Assembly (NCBI GenBank): GCA_963841435.1
Contig: CAWJCS010000002.1
Location: 672,001 to 736,000, forward strand
DNA length: 64,000 bases
Direction: 5' to 3'
From: an uncultured delta proteobacterium
Lineage (GTDB): Bacteria; Myxococcota_A; Polyangia; Polyangiales; Polyangiaceae
Part shown: positions 1 through 7,534 of the stretch, piece by piece
Numbering within the stretch: the first letter of the stretch is position 1
Layout: every line of letters begins with the position of its first letter
Notes under the pieces: generated by a model
Seen by the model: the letters and a program-made list of their open reading frames with translations, nothing else
What the model was told of the DNA's origin: nothing
Databases searched by the model: none
Translations under genes and position numbers: made by a program

Positions 1-32
1 ACCCAGCGCGAGCGATAGCCGCAGAGCTGAGC

Positions 33-1199
33 TCATGGCTCGGGGGGGGCGTCGAGCCCGAGCGACCGAAAAACGTCCTGGAGAGCGTCGGCCTGCTCGC
101 GGAGCGCGTCGGCGAGGGCCTGGACTCGCTCGCGCCCCTCGGGGTTGTCGAAGCGGATCTCGCGATCGAAGGGCGGCACGATGGCGTTCGCCCGCGCGAG
201 GCTCTCGTCGATGAGCGCGCCGAGGCGGTCGGCGAGCGCGGGGTCACGCGCGGCGACGAGGTCGCGGATGCCGGTTCCGCTCGCGACCTGACCGCCCGGG
301 CTCGTGTACCTGCCGTGGTACACGTTCCAGACGCCCTGCACGTCCTGGATCATGTCGCGGTGCGTGTTGTCGCTGAAGCAGGAGTGCTCGTCTTCCTGGT
401 TTCCCGAGTCGAGTGCCGTCTGCACGCGCTCGCCCCCGGTTTCGAAGCCGGAAAGCACGATCATGCCCGTCAGGACGCGGCGCAGCGCTTCCTTCGGCGC
501 CACGCTCTCGAGCTCGACGCGATAGTCGGCGGCGGGGGCCCAGGCAGCGACGAGACCCGCGAGGTTTTCGACGAGCAGCTCGGAAACCGTCGCCAGGTAG
601 AGCGCCCGTCGATCCTGGTGTTCGGCGGTGCGCGAGCCCTCGAGCGCGTAGTCGGTGGCGGGGCGGTCGCCTGGGCCGTCCTCGTCGTGATCCTGGCCCC
701 ACAGCAAAAACTCGACGGCATGGTAGCCCGTCGCGATGTTCTCTTCGCCGCCCTTTTCGTTGAGCGCCGACAGCGACTCGGCGCTGATCGTCACCCGTGG
801 ATCGTTGACGATGCCGGCGTCGTCGTCGCCCTCGACGTAGTCGATGTACGACTCGTCGAGCGGCCAGGCGTTCATGAGCCCCTCCGGGTCGTCGATCGGG
901 CCGTCGTAGAAGCGGTAGACCTCGGTCTGCAGGTACGGCTCGCGCGCGTCCTTCCAAGCTTTTCTCGCCGCGTTCAGGCGCGCTTCGTTCGGCGACCGAA
1001 GAAACTCCGCGATGGTCTCTTTTAGCAGCGTCGCCCCGTCGAGCGAGTCCGCGTAGCTCGCTTCGACGATGCGGGCATAGTTGGAAATCGCGGCCGCGGT
1101 GGCCTTCGCTTCCGTCGCTGCCGCGTCGTTTCCGTCGCCGCATCCGGCGGCCGCCGGCAGCGCCATGGCGAGAAAGAGTGCGCCGAGTGGACGTTTCAA
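33..1199 (-). CDS. Imelysin-family (IrpA-like) iron-regulated lipoprotein
   Basis: Lipobox AAGC; imelysin motif TGYHAVEFLLWGQD (GxHxxE); EDEHSCFSDNT motif; last visible gene of a Fur-boxed operon. Confidence 0.9.
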   Translation of the reverse strand: MKRPLGALFLAMALPAAAGCGDGNDAAATEAKATAAAISNYARIVEASYADSLDGATLLKETIAEFLRSPNEARLNAARKAWKDAREPYLQTEVYRFYDGPIDDPEGLMNAWPLDESYIDYVEGDDDAGIVNDPRVTISAESLSALNEKGGEENIATGYHAVEFLLWGQDHDEDGPGDRPATDYALEGSRTAEHQDRRALYLATVSELLVENLAGLVAAWAPAADYRVELESVAPKEALRRVLTGMIVLSGFETGGERVQTALDSGNQEDEHSCFSDNTHRDMIQDVQGVWNVYHGRYTSPGGQVASGTGIRDLVAARDPALADRLGALIDESLARANAIVPPFDREIRFDNPEGRERVQALADALREQADALQDVFRSLGLDAPPEP

Positions 1200-1215
1200 G
1201 GGTGCCTCCGGTGCG

Positions 1216-1545
1216 CTAGAGCGCTTGGTTTTGCCCCTCGGAGGCCGCCATCAGGTAGCGCACGACGAGCTCCTCCTCGCGCTCGTCGAGGCCTGCGGGC
1301 TTTGCCATCTCGCGCACGAGCCCCGGCCATCTTTCGGCGCGGAACGCCGACGGCTCGAAGGGCCGATGGCAGCGCCCGCAGTGCGAGAGCAGGATGTGCC
1401 GCCCCGCTTCGAGTGACTCGCGCGAGGAGCCGGGGAAGCGCGCTGCCGCGATCCTGACGTCGTTCGCGGTGACGGGGTGGAACGGCCCCGCGCACGCGCC
1501 CACGACGAGCGCTCCGACGAAGAGCCAGCCGAGCGCGCGCGTCAC
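1216..1545 (-). CDS. Small monoheme cytochrome c lipoprotein
   Basis: CGRCH heme motif, candidate distal Met (WPGLVREM), lipobox VGAC; GTG start at 1545 overlaps upstream TGA (GTGA coupling). Confidence 0.8.
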   Translation of the reverse strand: MTRALGWLFVGALVVGACAGPFHPVTANDVRIAAARFPGSSRESLEAGRHILLSHCGRCHRPFEPSAFRAERWPGLVREMAKPAGLDEREEELVVRYLMAASEGQNQAL

Positions 1546-2378
1546 AGCCCGATTCCCACGATGGCGCGAAACCAGAATTTCCCCCATGGATCGCCCGCCA
1601 CCGCCGCCTTGCCGAAGTCGTCGAGCCGCGCGTACGCGCCGAGCGACAGGAAGTACTCGCCCGTCTGCAAGAGCAGCGTGGGTCCGAGATAGTGGTGCGC
1701 GCCCTCCTCCTCGCCAGCTTCTTCGCTTTCGAAGTTGCCGTGCACCCAGTACTCGATGCCGGGTGACACGCGCGGCGAGGCCTCGAAGCTCGCACCGAGC
1801 GTGGGGTTATACAGGTATTCCCAGCGTTTCTCGGCGAGCTTGTACTCCTGCTCGACCCAGAGGTTCGTGACGACCGTCACGGGGCCGAGCTGCTTGCTCA
1901 GAAGCACTTTCTCCTCGAGCTCGATCTCGTCGTAGAGCTCGGCGACCTCGACGTAGGCTCCCACGTTGACGGGCCACTCGCCGGCATCGGCGAAGCGGTA
2001 GCGCAAGCGCTGCTTGATGCCGTCGAGCGTCAGCCCGGGCTCGTCGGCGCTCGCCGCCTGCTGGTACGCGAAGTACCACCCGAGCTCCAGCGAATCGGTG
2101 ATGCCGAGCTCGATCTCCGATTGCATCTCGAAGCGCAGGGTCGGAACGCTCTCGGTGCCGCCCGCAAGCTCGCGCTCGGCGCGCGACGGAACAACGTCGA
2201 CGTACTGCTCGAGCTCGAGGTGCCCCGCGGGGAGCGTGACGTGCGGGTACGAAAACGGCAGCGGGTGAGGCGTCGCTCGGGCGACGCCGCTCGAGGCGAG
2301 CCCAAAAGCGCCCCCGAAGGCGGCCGCGAGCGCGTGGCGGCGCGTGGCAAAGAAAAGACGGGCGAAGCGGTCGAGCAC
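1542..2378 (-). CDS. Putative outer-membrane beta-barrel protein
   Basis: Signal peptide ending ARA; alternating amphipathic strands, aromatic-rich; C-terminal WFRAIVGIGL; GTG start chosen just downstream of the Fur box. Confidence 0.7.
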   Translation of the reverse strand: MLDRFARLFFATRRHALAAAFGGAFGLASSGVARATPHPLPFSYPHVTLPAGHLELEQYVDVVPSRAERELAGGTESVPTLRFEMQSEIELGITDSLELGWYFAYQQAASADEPGLTLDGIKQRLRYRFADAGEWPVNVGAYVEVAELYDEIELEEKVLLSKQLGPVTVVTNLWVEQEYKLAEKRWEYLYNPTLGASFEASPRVSPGIEYWVHGNFESEEAGEEEGAHHYLGPTLLLQTGEYFLSLGAYARLDDFGKAAVAGDPWGKFWFRAIVGIGL

Positions 2379-2389
2379 GATGGCTAAAC

Positions 2390-2417
2390 GATAATGAAAG
2401 TGATTTGCAATTTCAAC
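2390..2417. promoter_or_regulatory. Fur box (overlapping pair)
   Basis: GATAATGAAAGTGATTTGC (2390-2408) matches 14/19 of GATAATGATAATCATTATC; a second overlapping 13/19 match; AT-rich island directly upstream of the imelysin operon. Confidence 0.8.
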
Positions 2418-2540
2418 AAGAGTTTGGTGAAAGGCACCGTGACCAATGAAAACGGGCACTTGTGAGCGAGCCAGGCGTCTCCTGCGACGCTCGGCGGACA
2501 CCGGCGTGATCGTCCCGGTCGGGCTCTGCATGGAGCGGTC

Positions 2541-3911
2541 ATGGCAAACGCCCGCTTCGCACCCGCCCTCTGCACCCGCGCCGCGGCGGCGCTCGCGCTT
2601 GTCGGCCTTTCGTGCAGCGCGGGAGCGCCCGCCACCGGGTCCGACTCGCAGTCGGGCGGCAACGGCGGCTCGTCGCTCGTGACGACGGGAGGGAGCGGCG
2701 GCACGGGCAACGTTGCCGGCCTACCAGGCTCGGGCGGCAGCGCCGGAACCGGGCTAGGCAGCGGCGGCTCGATCGTCACCGCTGGCACCGGCGGCGTCTC
2801 GGGCAGCGCCGGCGACGCCACCGAGGCATGCGAGACGGCTCAGGCCGACGCCACGCTCGTGCGCGAGCCGGTTAACATCATCGTCGTACTCGACAACTCG
2901 GGGAGTATGGCCGAGGAAATGGGGGCCGCCGAGGCGAACATCAACGTCAACTTCGCTTCGATTCTCGACCAGGAAAAGGCCGACTATCGCGTGATCCTGC
3001 TCTCCCGCCACCGCAAGGGCGAGCGCAGCGGCACGGGCGAAAGCGAGGCCAACACCTCGATCTGCGTCACCGAGCCGCTGAGCGGGCTCGCCTCCTGCCC
3101 TGCCGATGATCCGGTGTTTTCGGAGCGCTTCTTTCAGTGGGGAGGCAAAATCGAAAGCTACGACGCGCTCAATTGGATGATCGACGCGTACGATCAGCCT
3201 CCCGACAATTCACGCGCCAAGGCCCTCGCGCCGAACGGCTATCACGAGTGGCTGCGTCCCGGAGCGAAGAAGGTCATCCTCGTGATGACCGACGACGACG
3301 AGTCGAACGACGACAGCGACACTCCGCTCACGGTCGCCGACTTCCTGTCTGGGTTGACCGCCAAGGACCCCGCCGCCTTCGGCACTCCCGACGCGCCGAG
3401 CTTCGTGTTCCACAGCATCGTGGGCGTCGAGGAAAAGGCAGACCCAACGGCCGCGTACGAGCCCACGGAGCCGCTCGTCACCGAGAAATGCACGGGCAAC
3501 GGCGCCGCCATCGAGGCGACGGGTGAGACGTACCAAGAGCTCGGCATCCTCACGGGCGGGCTGCGCTTCCCGCTGTGCCAGTTCCCCGGCTACGACGCGG
3601 TGTTCCGCGCCATTGCGGAAAACGTCATCGTCCAGAGCAACGTCGCTTGCGAGTTCGACATTCCGCCGCCTCCCGCGGGCACGATGCTCGACCTCGATAA
3701 GGTTGCCGTGCGGCAGACGTCGCAGACCGGAGCCGAGTCGCAGTTCTTGCAGGCGCCGACCCCGGCGGACTGCCAGGCGGACGCTTTCTACATCGATCGC
3801 ACGGCGAACCAGGTCCACCTCTGCCCCGAGGCCTGCGAGTCCGTGCGCGCCGAACCGCTCGCGAAGGTCGAGGTGCTGTTCACCTGCATGAGCACGCTGA
3901 TCGTGAAGTAG
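2541..3911 (+). CDS. vWA-domain lipoprotein with Gly-rich linker and Cys-rich C-terminus
   Basis: Lipobox GLSC, GGxGG linker, MIDAS motif VLDNSGS, VMTDD, paired Cys at C-terminus. Confidence 0.85.
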   Translation: MANARFAPALCTRAAAALALVGLSCSAGAPATGSDSQSGGNGGSSLVTTGGSGGTGNVAGLPGSGGSAGTGLGSGGSIVTAGTGGVSGSAGDATEACETAQADATLVREPVNIIVVLDNSGSMAEEMGAAEANINVNFASILDQEKADYRVILLSRHRKGERSGTGESEANTSICVTEPLSGLASCPADDPVFSERFFQWGGKIESYDALNWMIDAYDQPPDNSRAKALAPNGYHEWLRPGAKKVILVMTDDDESNDDSDTPLTVADFLSGLTAKDPAAFGTPDAPSFVFHSIVGVEEKADPTAAYEPTEPLVTEKCTGNGAAIEATGETYQELGILTGGLRFPLCQFPGYDAVFRAIAENVIVQSNVACEFDIPPPPAGTMLDLDKVAVRQTSQTGAESQFLQAPTPADCQADAFYIDRTANQVHLCPEACESVRAEPLAKVEVLFTCMSTLIVK

Positions 3912-4052
3912 CGGCGGGTGGCCGCACCGCAGCTCGACGCTTTTCGCAGGATTTTACGATGATTATCGGCGAGTTGGCCACGCGCCCGCGCGCGCCCGCC
4001 GGGGAAAAGGCTAGCCGGACGGGGGGCCACGTGAAAAACAGATGAACCGGGC

Positions 4053-5882
4053 ATGTGCGGCATCGTCGGGTACGTCGGTCCTCGGGTGGCAGCGCCCGTC
4101 CTGCTCGAGGGGCTGAAGCGGCTCGAGTACCGGGGCTACGACTCGGCCGGCCTCGCCATTCACACGGCCAGGGGTGTCGAGGTCGCGCGCAGCGTCGGCA
4201 AGCTCGACAACCTCTCGCGCGCTCTCGGCGGCAGGAAGCTCGACGGCACGGTGGGCGTTGCTCACACGCGCTGGGCGACGCACGGCCAGCCGAGCGAATC
4301 GAACACGCATCCACACGTCAGCGGTGACGTCGCCGTGGTGCACAACGGCATCATCGAGAATCACGTCGCCTTGCGGCGCGAGCTCGAGGCCGAAGGCGTC
4401 CACATCGCGAGCGACACCGATACCGAGATCGTCGCGCACCTCGTGCGGCGCGAGCTCGATGCCGGACGACTGCTCTTCGATGCGGTGCGGGCCGCGCTTT
4501 CGCAGGTGCACGGCGCGTACGCGCTCGCCGTGCTGTCGGCGCGGCAACCGGATCGCATCATCGTGGCCAAGAGCGGCTCGCCGCTCGTCGTGGGCCTCGG
4601 GGACGGCGAGACGCTGTGCGCGAGCGACATGCCGGCGCTGCTCGCCCACACGCGCGACGTGCTGTTCCTCGAGGACGGCGAGCTCGCCGAGCTCACGACG
4701 GCGGGCGCGCGCGTCGAGACGCTCACCGGTACGCCCGTCACGCGCCCGACGCGCCGCGTCGACTGGAGCCCCGCGGAGGTCGAGAGGGCTGGATACCGCC
4801 ACTTCATGCTCAAGGAGATCTTCGAGCAGCCGCGGGCCGTCGAGGACACCCTGCGCGGTCGGGTTCGCGTCGCTGCCGGCGACATCGAGGACGCCGAGAT
4901 GGGTCTCGATCCACGTGCGCTGCGCGGCATCGAGCGCGTGTGCTTCGTCGGGTGCGGCACGAGCTACCATGCGTCGATCGCGGGGCGCTACTGGGTCGAG
5001 GAAATCGCGCGCCTGCCCGCGCAGGTGGAGCTCGCGAGCGAGGTCAGGAGCCGCTCGCCCGTGTTTTCGGAGCGCGATCTCGTGGTCGCCGTGAGCCAAT
5101 CGGGCGAAACGGCGGACACGCTGGCCGCCGTACAGCTGGCGCGCGACGCGGGGGCGTGCGTGCTCGCGATCGCGAACGTCGCCGGCGGTGCGATCCCGCT
5201 CGCGGCAGACGGCACGCTCTACACGCGAGCCGGACCGGAGGTGAGCCTCCCCTCGACCAAGTCATTTACCGCGGAGCTTGCAGCGCTGCTCTTGCTCTCA
5301 CTCTACCTTGCCAACCGGCGCGGCGTGCTCGACGAACGGGGCAGGGGCGAGGCGCTTCGGGCCCTGCTCGGCGTGCCCGCGGCGATGCGTCGCACGCTCG
5401 AGCGCTCCGACGAGGTCTTCGAGGTCGCGCGCCGCTTCCAGCACGCACGAAACGTGCTGTTCCTCGGGCGCGGCTACGGCTATCCCATCGCGCTCGAAGG
5501 CGCGCTCAAGCTCAAGGAGGTGAGCTACGTGCACGCCGAGGGCTACGCGGCCGCCGAGCTGCGGCATGGCCCGATGGCGCTCATCGACGACCAGACGCCC
5601 GTCGTGATGGTGATACCGCGTGATCGGCACTACGAAAGGACGCTGGCCAACCTGCAGGACGTGCGCGCGCGCGGTGCTCACGTGATTGCCGTCGCGAGCG
5701 ACGGCGACGAGATCGTGGCGTCCCTCGCGGAGCACGTCGTCAAGATCCCCGAGGTGCCGGAGCTCGTGCAGCCCCTGCTCGCCGCGATCCCGCTTCAGCT
5801 CCTTGCCTACTACGTCGCCGACATCAGGGGCACGGACATCGACCGCCCAAGGAACCTCTCCAAGGTGGTCGGTGCCTTGTGA
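4053..5882 (+). CDS. glmS: Glutamine--fructose-6-phosphate transaminase (divergent)
   Basis: MCGI N-terminal nucleophile, HTRWATHG, HNGIIEN, SQSGETADT, EGALKLKE, PRNLxK; 609 aa. Confidence 0.93.
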   Translation: MCGIVGYVGPRVAAPVLLEGLKRLEYRGYDSAGLAIHTARGVEVARSVGKLDNLSRALGGRKLDGTVGVAHTRWATHGQPSESNTHPHVSGDVAVVHNGIIENHVALRRELEAEGVHIASDTDTEIVAHLVRRELDAGRLLFDAVRAALSQVHGAYALAVLSARQPDRIIVAKSGSPLVVGLGDGETLCASDMPALLAHTRDVLFLEDGELAELTTAGARVETLTGTPVTRPTRRVDWSPAEVERAGYRHFMLKEIFEQPRAVEDTLRGRVRVAAGDIEDAEMGLDPRALRGIERVCFVGCGTSYHASIAGRYWVEEIARLPAQVELASEVRSRSPVFSERDLVVAVSQSGETADTLAAVQLARDAGACVLAIANVAGGAIPLAADGTLYTRAGPEVSLPSTKSFTAELAALLLLSLYLANRRGVLDERGRGEALRALLGVPAAMRRTLERSDEVFEVARRFQHARNVLFLGRGYGYPIALEGALKLKEVSYVHAEGYAAAELRHGPMALIDDQTPVVMVIPRDRHYERTLANLQDVRARGAHVIAVASDGDEIVASLAEHVVKIPEVPELVQPLLAAIPLQLLAYYVADIRGTDIDRPRNLSKVVGAL

Positions 5883-5892
5883 TGGCGTCGCG

Positions 5893-6645
5893 GTGAAGCG
5901 CTTCGTCGCGTGCCTGCTCGCGATCGCCTGCGAAAGAGCGGCGATGCCAGCGCCTGCTTCGCCCGCCGAGCCGCCGCCGGTCGCTCCGAACGAGCCCTTG
6001 GCGCCCGTCGTGCCCCCCGCCGCCCCGAGCGGGCCGGTGCTCGTTCGGGCCCGGCCGGCCTGCGAGCTCGAGCTCTCGACGGCGGCCGTGCGTCGAGCCA
6101 ACGGGTACGAGGTCGTCGCGCGCGTGCACAACCCGAGCGCCCGCGCCGTCGGCTTCGAGGCGGAGGATCGCTGTCCGAGCGGTCCGGTCGTCTTCCGCGG
6201 GCTTCCCGACGGTTACGATTACTACGGTACCTGCGCGATGGGCGCCTGCGCCGGGCCGCGACCGAGGCTCAAGCTCGTGGTCGCGCCCGGCGCGACGCTC
6301 ACGCTCGCTTCGATCAACGTCGATCCCGAGGGCAGCGCGTGCAACCGCGAGCTGCCGCTCGGGCGTTATCCGGTGAGCTTCGCGCTCGAGATCGACGGCA
6401 CGGCGTGCGAGGGCGGTGGCGCGATCGTGGAGCGGCTCGGACGGAGCGAGCCCCCACCCGTGCCGCTACCGGTCCCGAGCGCGCCGCCCGCAGGGCCGAA
6501 CCACGAGCGACCGGCACCAAAGCGTGGCAAGTGCCCGCCCATGCCCGCCTGCGGCATCGCGTGCCCTCCGGGCTCGAGCATGGCGCACGACGCACAAGGT
6601 TGTTCCCTCTGTGCGTGCGAAGACCCGCCAGGTGTCCTTCGCTGA
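5893..6645 (+). CDS. Cys-rich putative lipoprotein with antistasin-like C-terminal module
   Basis: GTG start, short signal with LAIAC, Pro-rich linkers, C-terminal CPPMPACGIACPPG...DAQGCSLCAC. Confidence 0.65.
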   Translation: MKRFVACLLAIACERAAMPAPASPAEPPPVAPNEPLAPVVPPAAPSGPVLVRARPACELELSTAAVRRANGYEVVARVHNPSARAVGFEAEDRCPSGPVVFRGLPDGYDYYGTCAMGACAGPRPRLKLVVAPGATLTLASINVDPEGSACNRELPLGRYPVSFALEIDGTACEGGGAIVERLGRSEPPPVPLPVPSAPPAGPNHERPAPKRGKCPPMPACGIACPPGSSMAHDAQGCSLCACEDPPGVLR

Positions 6646-6711
6646 GCTCCGCCGCAGGCGCAGCGCGCACGCAGCGCGGGGCGGGTCAGTCCCAAGGCAC
6701 GTTCGAGCGTC

Positions 6712-7491
6712 TCAGCGGCCCTGAAAACGCGGCTTTCGTTTTTCCGCGAACGCTCGCAGCGCCTCGCGGCGGTCCTCGCTCGAAAGGCACGCCTCGTAGG
6801 CGGCCGTCTCGGCGGCGAGCCCCGCCTCGAGCGGCAGCGTCTGCGCGGCCCGGAGCGCGACGAGGGCTGCGCGCGTTGCGAGGGGCGCCCCGTCGAGCAC
6901 GGGAGTGAGCCAGGCGAGCGCGTCGTCAACGACGTTCGCGCCGGCCGGGGTCACGCGATTGACGATGCCGAGCGCGAGCGCCTCGGCAGCGCCGAGCCGG
7001 GTGCCGAGGAGCACCAGCTCGAGCGCCTTGGCGTGGCCGACGAGGCGAGGGAGCCGCTGCGTGCCGCCCGCCGCGGGAATGATGCCGAGCGAGGTTTCGG
7101 GCAGACCCATGATGGCATGCTCGGCGGCCACGCGGAGGTCGCAGGCGAGCGCGAGCTCGAGCCCGCCCGCGAGCGCGGCGCCGTTGAGCGCGGCGACCAC
7201 GGGGAACGGCGAAGCCGAGAGCCAGCCGAGCTCGGTCCGGTAGAGGGCGAGCATGGCGCGCACCTCGTCCTCGCTCATGCCCTCGCGCTCCTTGAGATCC
7301 GCGCCGGCGCAGAAGGCCTTGTCTCCCGCGCCCGTGAGCACCGCCGCGCGCACGGAGGGGTCGCTCGAGAGCTCGCGGCCCACGCGTCCGAGCTCGCGGA
7401 TCGCCGCGCGATCGAAGGCATTGCGGCGCTCGGGCCGATTCAGCGTGACGATGGCGGCGCTATCGCGGCGGGCGAGCGTCACGGAGGCCAT
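6712..7491 (-). CDS. Enoyl-CoA hydratase/isomerase (crotonase family)
   Basis: AFCAGADLKE, GGLELALACD, PETSLGIIPAAGGTQRL, AFAEKRKPRF. Confidence 0.93.
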   Translation of the reverse strand: MASVTLARRDSAAIVTLNRPERRNAFDRAAIRELGRVGRELSSDPSVRAAVLTGAGDKAFCAGADLKEREGMSEDEVRAMLALYRTELGWLSASPFPVVAALNGAALAGGLELALACDLRVAAEHAIMGLPETSLGIIPAAGGTQRLPRLVGHAKALELVLLGTRLGAAEALALGIVNRVTPAGANVVDDALAWLTPVLDGAPLATRAALVALRAAQTLPLEAGLAAETAAYEACLSSEDRREALRAFAEKRKPRFQGR

Positions 7492-7534
7492 GTCCCTCCA
7501 TCATAGCGCTCGAGCGGCCGCGCGCGTGGCCCCG

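Noticed and set aside
3912-4052. glmS ribozyme upstream of glmS
   Set aside because: Conserved ribozyme core not recognisable; an Rfam search would be decisive
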